A DNA stretch of 61,726 bases, the filler included, from Chiloscyllium plagiosum (Eukaryota): NCBI RefSeq assembly GCF_004010195.1. It is 4 parts of one record of this genome, joined end to end, with 100 filler letters (N's around TTAATTAATTAA, not from the genome) between each part and the next. Parts side by side here need not be neighbours in the genome. Positions count along the whole stretch, not along the records: positions 33,534 to 53,003 come from NC_057715.1; positions 53,104 to 61,726 come from NC_057715.1; 2 more parts are not named here. One strand, 5' to 3'. Shown piece by piece: positions 47,969 through 60,070 of this stretch (position 1 is the first letter of the stretch; every line of letters starts with the position of its first letter). The position numbers were made by a program, and so were the translations under genes. Under the pieces are notes generated by a model, which was given only the letters and a program-made list of their open reading frames with translations, ran no database searches and was not told the DNA's origin.

Positions 47969-50029
47969 TTTAAATTCTGCTAAAAAAAAGGATTGAGTTT
48001 AATGCAATTGTTGTTCTGATCTTCATACTTTGGCAGCACTGAATGTTGGCAAATCATAGAATCCACACAATGTGGAAGTAGGCCATTAGACCCATCAAGT
48101 CTACACTGATCCTCCACTGAGCATCTCACCTAATCCTTGTAACCCTGCATCAACCATGGCTAATCAACCTAGTGTGCACATTCCTGGACACTATGGGCAA
48201 TTTAGCATGGTCAGTCCATCTAACCTGCACATCTTTGGACTGTGGGAAGAAACTAGAGTACCTGGAGGAAACCCACACAGACATGGGGAGAAAGTACAAA
48301 CTCCACACACACAGTTTCCCGAGTGTGGAATTGAACCTGGTCCCTCGTGCTGTGAGACAGCAGTACTAACTACTGAGCTAACATGCCAGCTTTGTCTGTC
48401 GACAGTTGTAAGCTTAATGAATAGCAAGCATTGTTTATTTCCAGACTTCAAAATCCGAGCCATGATATGTAGGTAAAGTTGATGCTATAGTTTTATGTGA
48501 CTCAACTCTATTGCTCCCGATTAGATAAACAACACTGAGGCAGATTATATTGTCTCTTGCAGTTACTCAAGTCCAGTATTTTGTAAATCTCTACTCCCAG
48601 TTTTGAAACCGCCCACTCTTAGGCACCATTTATGTACGGAGATTTGGTGATATTTGCATTTCTCCTCTTTGTAAAATCAACATTTATTGCAAAACTTAGC
48701 ATTCATAAAGAAAGTGGACATGAAATCCAAAACTAAACATCTTAATATAAACCAGTTCAGTCAGGTTTGGAAATGTCCAATTTCCATCTTTTTCTAAACA
48801 TATAGTTCCCAGACTAACAATCACCCTAAATGTAACAGTTGGCATATATATTTGCCTAGAGTGGAATTTGAGAACCAGCAAATGTTAATTTGCAGCCTGT
48901 TTAAAGTTCTGACAAATTTTCTCTTCTAAACTAGAAGTGACTAAAGCTGCTTGCTTGCGCACCTGGAATTGTGGAAATGGCAGTCATCTATCTTGCATAA
49001 ACTATTTTTTTGATGGAATTAACCAAACATTAAACATCTAATTTAAATGAACTGTTCTGGGAAGGAACTCTGAATTTAGCTTTGGGACAAGCAAATGCTC
49101 AGATCAAGCATATGCTGTTCCACAGATAAATTATTTTGCTTAGTACTTCTACAAAACCCCCTTCCCCGTTCCTTCCACCTGCTCCTCCGGCACACCCCAA
49201 CCTGTCTCAGATGGAATTAGAGCCAAATTAGAGTCTGATTTTACTCTCTCTGGGTGATGAAGTGTTCAGCATCAGTTTGCTTTATTCATCACTATAATTC
49301 CATTGTTTTTGGCTGTCAATTTTTTACATCATATTGCACTTTCAAAGCAAGGTAGTTACAACAAAATTATGAGCCATTTAAGAATGAGACACCAACACCA
49401 TATACTACTTACTTCACAGAGAAGGTTGTAAAGTTTCTGAATCCCAGCACCAGATATCAATAAAAGTGTTCTGTTGTTTTTGTGTCTCCTTAGAGATCTG
49501 ATTGTTTTAGTGCTGCTCAATTGTTGATCTTGCGCAAATATTTGCAAAAGCTTTTCTTACAAAGTACATGTGAACCCTGTTTTCTATGTATTATATATTG
49601 GATAGATTTATCCAGTAATTTTGCTTTTAAAAGTATTTTATACGTTGAATGGAGAAAAAGCCAAATTTAATGCATATCTATGATTATTTAAAAAATACAT
49701 TAAACAGCTCAACAAAGAAGGCTGGTATAATCTTGCAAATTGAATTAGCAATAACTTCCTGAAAGTTTCTCAGAAGTCAACACCAGTCAGATAAGCAACA
49801 TCTCATGCACATACTGATGAGACTGGATTGCCAAACTAATGCAATATAAGCTGCTGCAGAGCCAACTGTCTTCAAGAAAAAAGACACAATAGAGTTGCAA
49901 GTTAAAACTATCTTATAAGAAGACATGTTAATGATTCAGTGCAGTAGAACCCATTGAGTCTGTACTGCCAAAGCTACGTAGATCCATAATTATTAACAGT
50001 AAGCCCAAGACAGAGATGTTGACCATTCC

Positions 50030-50755
50030 CTCCTCACTATCAAAAGCCTCAGTCATACCTTCCAGGTGAAGCAGGGATTTACCTGCACTTCATTCAATCT
50101 AGTCTACTGCATTCACTGTTCACAATGTGGTCTCTTCTACATTGAGGAGATGGATCACAGACTGTGCGACCACTTTGCAGAACACCTATGTTCTTTCAGC
50201 AATAATGACCCTGAGCTTCTGGCTGCCTGCCATTTCAACACACCACTGTTCTCTGAACAACATCTCTGTCTCAGGTTTGCTGCAGTGGTCCAGTGAAGCT
50301 CAGCACAAGCTATTATCCCACTTGTTTTCACGACTCAATATGGAATTCAAATAATTTTTGGACCTGAACCCCTTCTCCCATATCCTTACACAAACCCCCA
50401 CATACTAGGTTTTGTCATTGCATGGGCTGCCACCATTAGCAACCCATTGCCAGCTACTAATGATCCCTATCAGGAGCTATTCATTCTCCCAGACTAGCCT
50501 TTACCCATTCCTTTGTCTGCCCAACTGTTTTTCTCTCTCTCTCTGGGCTCCATCTCCACCTATTGTTTACTCTCTCCCCCTTTCCTTCTCTAGCATATTT
50601 ATCAAGCTTTTCCTAGCTCAAATCAGTTCTGAAAAAGGGTCACTGAACCTGAAATGTTAGCTCTGCTTTCTCTCCACAGATGCTGCCAAACCTGCTGCGT
50701 ATTCCAGCAATTTCTGATTTTGTTTCTAATTTCCAGCATCCACAGTTCTTTCGCT
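50030..50755 (+). mobile_element. Old Penelope-like 3' fragment
   Basis: FTCTSFNLVYCIHCSQCGLFYIEE decayed GIY-YIG; terminal segment at about 50620-50755. Confidence 0.8.
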
Positions 50756-52604
50756 TTTTGTCCAGTCACATAAACAGCCTTCTACCATCACCCTCTACAA
50801 CATCTGCTCCCTCATCCTCCACACGCGTTTTCAAGCAACATTTGTCATTGTCTGCAAATGAAATCAAAACTATGTGTCCCTTTCTGTCATTGTCACACAG
50901 TGCCTAGGCACGGTGGCTCAGTGGTTAGCACCAGGGTTCCAGGTTTGATTCCAGCCTCAGGTGACTGTGTGGAGTTTGTACATTCTCCCCGTTTCTGTGT
51001 GGGTTTCCTCTGGTTGCAGCCCACAGTCCAAAGCAGTGCAGGTCAGGTGAATTGGCTATGCTGAATAGCCCATAGTGTTAGGTGCATTAGTCAGATGGAA
51101 ATGGGTCTGGGGGGGTTACTTTTCAGAGGGTCCGTGTAGACTGGTTGGGCGGAAGGGCCTGTTTCCACACTGTAGGGAATCCAATCTAATCTCACTTGCA
51201 ATTAATTTGGAGTGTGAGTTCTTGGTGACGTCCTGACATCTGCAGGAATATCCGATTATACTTTATGTGAAGAAACGCAGTCAAAAAAAAATCTCAGGTG
51301 ACTTGTGACACAACACAAACCCAGGTGAGGAAAATCTAGTCCAATGACTTCAAGTTCACCTGTTTGTTTGGGGTTGAAGACATAGGCACACTTGCCGTTG
51401 TGAGGGAAATTGCTGCAAATATTTGCTCAAGATCAATGAGCGAGCAACGTTGAAAGTTGTGCTTTTGATCTCTATGGAGACTAAAGGACCATATAAATAC
51501 AAACCTCCCATGACGGCGGCCGGCTCACCCACCCTTCCATCCTCTCTGCCAAATAAAGTACTTGTTGAGTGTTTCATAATTACATTTGGCTTTGGATTTG
51601 TGGCTTACAACTGTTGGCATTGCGACAACAGAGGGTAAACAAGCAACCATCCAAGGAGGCTGGAAGGAGGCAGTAAAATCAGAGGCAGCGGGGGACGCTG
51701 GGCTGGAGGATGTTTGGCGCTGAGGTGTTTTGGCGGTGAGCTGCTAACGGCCGTTAACGGCTGTGCGCGTGAGCGCGCGCCACACACACATGTCCCTCAA
51801 GACCAAAACCTCCACCATTCCATGTTTCACTCACTCGTATGGACGCAGTTTGTGTTTCTGATGTAAGGTCGCCAACCTGGATCTTTTCTCTCTATCTCTC
51901 TCGAGATGCTCGCCTGGTCCGCTGAGCATTTCCACAGCTTCATTTCTGCCACTTTTAGTTCAGATCTCCAGCTTCTCTGCAGTCACCAATGGTCCTGGTC
52001 ACTCGCTACTAGGGATGGCATTTCACTAGCACACAGCTGAGGGACAGTGTGTGTTTTTTAAAAAATTATGACATTTGCTTCTGTCTCGGCCAAAGGTTGT
52101 CAGGTTAAAGCTGTCATGAATTTGCTAGTGATGTTAACGGTGTCTGTACCTCGTGTCAGTATCAAGGATTTTCTTTATGTGCAGGCAAAACTTTCAACAT
52201 GACATTAGATCATTATCCTGACAAAGATAATTGCAGGGGCTACATATGGGCAAATGGTGGCATTAGCTAAATAGTTCTTAAGAAGAACCCTCTGAATGGT
52301 TTCCTTCTGGGACTCCTACCTGGACTTACTAGTCTCCTTGATCGGATATTAATATCCAGTTCCAGGTGCAGCAAATATTACAAGGAAGCAAACAGTTCTT
52401 TTAGGCTGATTCTCCCAGCTGGTATGTACATCAACAGCACTGGGTTTGATCTCTGCTGAGGTAACTCACCCTGTTCATCCCACCCAGCATTAAAAAAAAA
52501 GTACAGTTCTGGTTTGGCAATAATTGCCAAGGACTTTTCATTTTTAATTGAGAACTCAAAATGAAATTAGTACCTTACTATACCTTTTTTTTTGGAAGTT
52601 ATGG

Positions 52605-53003
52605 AGTCATAGAATCATAGAGATTTACAGCATGGAAACAGACGCTTTGGTCCAACTCATCCATGCCGACCAGATATCCCAATGCAATCCGGCCCATATC
52701 CCTCCAAACCCTTCCTATTCATATACCCATCCAAATGCCTCTTAAATGTTGCAATTGTACCAGTCTCCACCACATCCTCTGGCAACTCATTCCATACACG
52801 TACCACCCTCTGCGTGAAAATGTTGCCCCTTAGGTCTCTTTTATATCTTACCCCTCTCACCCTAAACCTATGCCCTCTAGTTCTGGACTCCCCGACCCCA
52901 GGGAAAAGACTTTGTCTATTTATCCTATCCATGCCCCTCATAACTTTGTAAACCTCTATAAGGTCACCCCCTCAGCCTCCGACTCTCCAGGGAAAACAGC
53001 CCC
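52605..53003 (-). mobile_element. CR1 LINE 3' end
   Basis: MRGMDRINRQSLFP...TRGHRFRV...FTQRVVRVWNELP. Confidence 0.9.
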
Positions 53004-53103
53004 NNNNNNNNNNNNNNNNNNNNNNNNNNNNNNNNNNNNNNNNNNNNTTAATTAATTAANNNNNNNNNNNNNNNNNNNNNNNNNNNNNNNNNNNNNNNNN
53101 NNN

Positions 53104-53345
53104 GATTTTTTTAGTCTTTTATGTGACAACAGAATTATTGATCGAGTTGTGGAAGAAACTAATCGCTTTGCTGAACAAACTGGAGAAAGAGATTGTATGT
53201 GGCGCCCTGTAACAAAGGCAGAAATTTATGTGTTTTTCACCTTGAAAATGCTTGGGGGTATTGTGAAAATGCCAGATCAAGAAATGAACTGGTCGAAAGA
53301 TGAACTACTTGAAAGACCAGTTTTTTTTGCCGAAACTGGTATCTT
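53104..53345 (+). mobile_element. piggyBac-type transposase remnant
   Basis: EETNRFAEQ...WRPVTKAEIYVFF...GIVKMP...WSKDELLERPVF fits the TNxYA...W...E...F...G...P...YW pattern at the start of the piggyBac DDE domain. Confidence 0.7.
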
Positions 53346-53489
53346 CAAAATAAAATTTCAAGTAAAACATTGGAAATAGATAAAAACAAAAGTTATTTCC
53401 ATAATCAGCATTAAAAATACTATAAAAAAAAGCAATAAAAAAATTTGTCTAAAAAGGAAATGTTTTCTCCAAAAAAAGTCACCGGGGAA

Positions 53490-56470
53490 GGGGTTAAAGG
53501 TGCAGGTTTTATTGCTGCCTGTGGTTTTCCAATTAGCTGACATGTATGACACATCTGGCAAAATTCAACCACATCTTTGTGCCGTCCAGGCCAGTAAAAA
53601 TGTCTTTGTATTTTAACCTGTGTTTTCCTCACCCCTAAAAGACCTCCAAGGGGTAGCTCATGCGACAGTCGCACCACCTACTGGCAAAACAATTTGATGA
53701 ATCTCTGCCCATTCCTCATCTGCTTGAACATGTGATGGTCTCAATTTCTTCATTAAGACATCATTTGTTAAGTAATAACACACGGGCATGTGTTCACTTT
53801 CTTTCTCAGTTACTGTCTTTTGATATAACTGTTTTCACTCCTCGTCTTTCTGCTGTAATTTACTCAGCTTAGTGGAGCTAAAGATGCTTACATGTTTTCC
53901 TCTTTGCTCCTTCTCTGTTCCACTTATCTGATGGAAGAAAGTTTTGAATAACTGTATGTCAGCTTCCTTATTTGTGCCTTTTGATCTCTCCTGCTTCAGC
54001 TTGTTTCCTCTGTGATCTTATGATCACATAATCAGGGAAAATTCCTGGATAAACATTCTCCATGTCTTCAATTGCCTGCGTCTCCATTGGCTTTTCAACT
54101 CGAGTAGGCAGCACATCTACCAGTGGATCAGGTATATCAAATTGTACTCCTGGAGCTGAGAGTTTGTCCAATACTCTTACCACAAATTTTCCACTCTTCT
54201 CTGAACTTTCTAGCCTCACTTTACATAATTGAGCAATTTATGTCTCACCATGAATTCCTGTTACCAGTACCTTCTCTGGCAATAGACCCTCAGGAATGCA
54301 TAACTCCTTATCCTTCAGCATTGCAGACTGAGATGATCTTGTGTCCCTAAATATTGTAATCTCCTTACCTGCTACTCCTGGCCTATGTGAATAAACTTTA
54401 CCCTTGCATGTATATTTTTTAAGCATATCTGGCATTTCCTTCTTAATCAACCTTTGAATATCTTGTACACTCTGAGGCAGTTGTCTCACTTCCCTTGTGT
54501 TTTTTGTTACGAGTTCAACAAAACTTCCAGGCTTGTCTGGTTTTCCTACATCTGGCTTTCTCCTAGCCCACCAACACTATGATTTTGTGTGACCAACTTT
54601 ACTACAATGAAACACTGGAGCTTTTTAATTTCTTTGTCCCCCTCAAGGGTTTCTTTTTCACCCTGTGGTAAGTTCTCCTTGTGATCTTCACTGAGATCTA
54701 CCTTTCCCTTTCCACGTGAGGATTTCTCTTTGCCCCAATTTCTATCCCTCATAGACTGGAAGCCAAACTGTGTTTTATGGACTTGCTCATAATCATTTGC
54801 TCAGCCATTTCAGCTGCTAACCTTACTGTTTTAACTCTCTGCTCTTCCACTTGAGTTCGCACTACTTCAGACAGTGAATTTTTGAATTCCTCCGCAATAC
54901 TAAGGGCATTGTAGGTTTGCTCGATTTTTAAAGCTCTTATCCATTTATCGAAATTATTCCGTTTGATCCTTTCCAACTCAATGTATGATTGACCAGGGTC
55001 CCTCCTTAGATTCCTAAAACATTGTCTTTGGCTTCTGGTACAAGCTCATATGCACTTAAAATGGCACTTTTCACCTCCTCATAGTCCCCAGATCCCTCCT
55101 CTGATAGTGATGCAAAGACCTCACTTGCCCTACCTACATATTTCATTTAGATCGACAAAACCAATGCTGCCACTGGACACTGCATTTGTTTAGCCACCTT
55201 TACAAATGAGATGAAAAAGGCTTCCACATCTTTCTAATCAAATTTAGGCAATGCTTGAACATACTTAAACAGTTCCTCACCACATTTCTGCCTATCTGGG
55301 ACTTGCTCCTCCTCACTCTCTTCCTCACTAAGCCTATCATCAGCCTTTATCTCCAGCTTTTTAAGCTGACTTTCCTTTTTAAGCATCAATTTTTGAAGTT
55401 CAAAAGCTATTTCCCTCTCTTCTGCTTCTCTCTCTTTTTCCTTCTCTTCTACTTTTAACCATAACTCAAACTATTTCATTTCTGCTGCCCTTTCCTTATC
55501 TCTCACCTCTAACTCAAGCTGCTTCATTTACAATTGAACTCTTGCCATCTCTATAGATTCTGATGGTTTCTCCTGCAAATGTAAATGCTGAGCTACTGCT
55601 GTAGTTACCTCTCCTTTCCTTACAGAAGCAGGCAGGTCCAATCCCAGTTGGTCTGCTAATTCCTGCAGCTTGGACTTATTCATCTTTTGCAAAACTTCCA
55701 AAGTCACCGCATCCACTTCCAGAAAACATCTGGTGACTGAAAGAGCCATCGCTATCTCTAGCTGTCTCTCCCCAAGCAAACCAACAATGGAAATAAAGAC
55801 ACTAGCACCTACCACTCTGTTTAAAATCCAAGATGAGCCTCCAATCTGTTAAGGACTAGGCCAGACCACTTAAAACATTCTTAAGCAGATAGTCCAGACC
55901 ATAACTTTGCAATTTGTTTCTGTGAACGTCCAGTGAAAATTACCCAGAGTAAGTTAGCAAGGTTGATTACCAGGTTTTAAAACAGACAAAAACATTATTC
56001 ACAAAATTACACAACGAAACACAAAAAACAGAATAAAGAACCCCTACCAGAGCACAATTTGTCCAAACTAGATTTAATTATACTGTTTCAAATATACACA
56101 ACAGTCTCAATAAGCAAACCCCCTTGAAAACAGTAAAAATGGAACAAATGCTTACAGGTTGAAGTTAGAAAGGCAGAAGGAGAGACAGGGTTTAGCAGCC
56201 TGTTTCCACACAGCTGAACACCCAACTAGTTATGGACTGAACTGCTCAGCTAGACAGCTGACCACTCCCCCTTCATTATACAGGTCACTTCTAAAACATG
56301 ACCACTTCGGCCTGAAGTTTCATCTCTTTACCTATAAACAAAAGGCCTCTCAAAATCCTTTTTGAACTCTGTACCAAATTAGTCATCTTGGAGCTGGGAG
56401 GGTTTTATGACCCCTCTGGAAAAAATCAAGGACACAGTATCCTTGAGAAACGGATCAGCTTTTAGAAAAA
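53490..56470 (-). mobile_element. Gypsy LTR retrotransposon remnant (Gmr1-like): 5' LTR, PBS, gag, protease, integrase zinc finger
   Basis: HELPLGGLLGVRKT...HFYWPG...DVVEFCQMCHTCQLIGKP (53420-53677); decayed protease IFRDTRSSQS; gag AYELVPEA and EEFKNSL; LTR inner end at 55847 next to PBS. Outer LTR end is uncertain. Confidence 0.85.
55826..55843 (-). promoter_or_regulatory. Degenerate tRNA-Pro primer-binding site
   Basis: TGGAGGCTCATCTTGGAT matches TGGGGGCTCGTCCGGGAT at 14/18 positions, 3 nt after ...AACA LTR end. Confidence 0.65.
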
Positions 56471-56584
56471 TGGGAACTCTGATGTTCAAACATATTTAAA
56501 GGTTATGTGAAATATGAGACTGTGTTAAAACCTTGTGAAAGTGTATAAGATAGTAAATAGAACAGGAAAAAAATTATATATTTG

Positions 56585-57150
56585 GTTGAAGTTTCTTTTG
56601 TTTTGCACTCATCAAGATACTTTGCAAGAATATAAAACAAAGGAGAAAACTAACATTTGCATTGCATGGGAGGACCATGTTGATTCATTTGCATGTTGAC
56701 TCTGATTGGTAGAGCCTTTGTTTTGGAGAATACATCCGTTAATACAGATTGACAGATAACAGCCCAGTTTTGTTTAAATTGTAAAATAGGTAAGTTCAAT
56801 CTGACTAGTCGGAATATTACCCTGATCAATGAACCAGCAAATTGTTTTCACTTATTTTGTTGATTTGAATCAGACTCAGAGTAGTTACGTGTTCTTTCTA
56901 TCAGACAGAGAGCAGGGTCATATGTATTAAAGTGTTGCTTCCAGTACATACACGCACATCACGCTTTGAGCCTGACTAACAATTCTAAATTGATTTTCAA
57001 TATAATTCCTCACACATTCAGGATTATGCACAACTGTTGTCCAATTATAGCATCACATCTAACATTAGACTGTGTTATGACTTTTGCAAGCTAAGCCTGT
57101 TTGGGTATGGTCAGTACCTTGCCTGTTGCAAACACCTAAAGAGACATGTT
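56585..57150 (-). mobile_element. Highly decayed Penelope-like 3' end (a further family)
   Basis: Traces of AIIGQ...NPEC...QFRIVSQA...VLEAT on - strand, and a TGATGAGTGCAA...GAAA terminus. Confidence 0.5.
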
Positions 57151-60000
57151 TGATATGATCCATTAATCTTGGGACATACAGCTTACATAGCTAGTGTCAC
57201 ATCAGCACTAAAATACATTGTCTGAGAATGAGCATAGTCTGAGAATTAGGGCCAGACCATTAAGGAAAGATATTTGGAAGCACTTCTGCCCTCAAAGAGT
57301 GGTAGAGGTTTGGAGCTCCCTTCAATAAATGGAAGGGGATGCAGGACCAGTTGTTAATTTTAAGTCTGAGATAGACATTTTTTTTGTTAAGGTCTAAGGG
57401 CCAAAGGCAGGTTTATGGAGAGAAGTCACAGATGAATCATGATCTCATTGAAAGGTGGAACAGGCTCGATAGACTCAATGGCCAACTCTTGTGCTGATAT
57501 GTTCTTATGAAATTCAAAATCACACTATTCGTTTCTGTGATTGGCAGATGGTATTTCTACTATGCAGTTGTGTTCACCATTAAGAAGGTGCTGATGTCAA
57601 GCCAAGAAGACATTCTGCTTGTTAGAATAAGAAAAATTAATCCTGAGTACTGTTGACCTATGGCATTGTGACACGGTGGAAATGCTTCATATGTTTTCCA
57701 AGTATATCTAAACTGATTTTTAGGATTTTCTGCTTCATATGAGGAGTGACCAATGGTCTGTTGGTCTCTGTGATGGAAATCCATTGCGTTGTTCTGGTAG
57801 GAATAAGTTCAGAGCAATGGCTGTTGAATGAATAGGACACATCTTGAGGCATCAAAAACAATGGTAGAAAGACTTTTTCATTAGTGGAACAGCTGCTGGG
57901 AGCAGCTATTGGAAATGTGGGCATGCACATTCTTTGATTTGTTGACTATTAAGTTGAATATATTCAAAATTGTGCATCGTATGAAGCCAAATTTCCAATG
58001 TGCACTCTCAGCAGAGGAAGGTCACTGCTGTGAGAGTACAGTTTTGGTAAATTATCCTTTGAGTGTACACATGACAGAACAGAAAATTAACATTTACGAA
58101 ACTCTTTTAAAAAAATGCAAATTAATTTGGTTTCCAGATTCAGTAAATTACTTATCTTGAAGCTGTGCAATTCAAAGTATGATTCAAGGCTTTCTTTCAC
58201 TAAAGATGCTGCAATAGTCAGTGAGTTCAAGTTACAAATCTACTCTGAGACTGGCTTCATACTTAACAAGATGGATAGCAATTCTGTGAGTGATAATTCT
58301 CTGACACAAGATAGAATAAACAATTTAACAATCAATTAAGACTTTTAGTCAATGCATAGACAACGATTAGATGTTTTATGACCAGAAGCCTTGAATTGTA
58401 TTGATTACAAAATACATTTCACTCCTGCTTATGGACAAAACAATGGAAGATTAGTGCTCAGATTTTCAAGTTACATAATAATTTATCTGTAATGGAAGTG
58501 TTGTTGCCTGCAGTAACGTATTAAGTGAATCGGGAAATAATATCCGAACGGTAGATTTGCCATTTCAATTAGAGGTTGAAGTGCAGTGGGCACATACTTG
58601 TCAATCCATTTAGATGGTTTAGTTTCTTCATATTGACTGACAGTCAGACTGAATAGGTAGGATTAATTCTGAGGCTGGGGGAAACAGCATCCGGATAAAT
58701 TTGAGGCTGCTTCAATTGTGTTACATCAGCTGTATGTACAAAATAAATTAATGAAAAGCTCAGAAGTTCTCGTGCATTGTGCTATGCTATGTTCATGGTT
58801 TTCCAAATGAAACACAGGGGTCCTGGTGAAACTCAACATTGTAAATCGGCAGTGCTACTTCATCGAGAATCTCAACCAATGAATCTGAAACCAATAGCCA
58901 GAATTTTGAAGACACTCGCAACTAATCTTGACAGCAGCCTAGTGATCTCTGTCATTGGACTTCCCCTTTTCCCCTTTACCAATATTAGTTTGATTCTAAC
59001 AACAATCACATGGATCTCCAGCATCCAATATTATTGATGTAATTAAAAATTAAGCATTCAATCACATCAAAGGCAGCAAACTAATGAAATTATTTATTTA
59101 TTCAAAAGATGTGGGTGTCACTGGCTATAGTTATGCGCCATTTCGAATTTCCCTGGATGCAGTGGTGGTAAACTGTCTTCTTGAACTGCTGCAGACTTTG
59201 GAGTGCAGGAACATTCATCATGCTGCCAGAAAGAGAGGTCCATGATTTAGACCCAAAAGCAGTGAAGACACTGTGATATATTTGCAGCCTGGGGTGAAAA
59301 ATGGCTTGGAGGTGAAATTGAAAGTAGAGGTGTTCCTACGTATCCACTGCATGTGTCCTTCTAGATGGTAGTAGTTGATCGAGTTGGAAGGTTCTGCTGA
59401 AGGACCCTTTGTGACTTACCATAGTACACCTCGTAGATGGTGCACTTTGCTGCTCTTGAGCATAGGTGATGATGTGGTTGAATGTTGAAGGTGGAGGATG
59501 GGTGCCAATCAAGTGGGGTACTTCATTCTGAATGATGTCAAGACTCTTGAGGGTTGCTGGAGCTACACCCATACCGGAAAGTGCAGAGTATTCCATTACC
59601 CACCTGACCTGCGCTGTCGAGAATAGAATAGAATCCAGAGAGTGTGGATACAGGCCGTTTGGTCTATCCAGTCTGCTCTGACCCTTCGAAGAGCATCCCA
59701 TCCAGATACACCCCTTTACCCTATCACTGTAACCCTGCATTTCCCCATGGCAAATCTACCTAGAATGCACAACTCAGGACACTACATGGGTAATTTACCA
59801 TGACTAATCCACTTAGCCTGCACATCTTTGGATTGTCAGAGTAAACCGGAGCACCTGGGGGAAACCTATGCAGACACGGTGAGAATGTGCAAACTCCACA
59901 CAGACGGTCATCTCAGGCTGGTGTTGAACCCAGGTCCCTGGCGTTGTGAGGCAGCAGTGTTAATCACTGAGCCACTGTACTGTCCCAGAAAGAAACACCA

Positions 60001-60070
60001 AGCATTGCTGGGAATCAAACTCGGGCCTCCCGCCTGGCAGGCAAGAATTCTACCACTGAACCACCAATGC
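60001..60070 (-). pseudogene. tRNA-Gly(GCC) pseudogene
   Basis: GCATTGGTGGTTCAGTGGTAGAATTCTTGCCTGCCAGGCGGGAGGCCCGAGTTTGATTCCCAGCAATGCT versus canonical vertebrate tRNA-Gly-GCC: about 5 substitutions, one deletion in the acceptor stem, T-loop TTC to TTT, altered discriminator, no T4 terminator. Confidence 0.85.

Noticed and set aside
60001..60070. Functional tRNA-Gly gene
   Set aside because: Broken TTC loop/B-box, acceptor-stem deletion, altered discriminator and no terminator.
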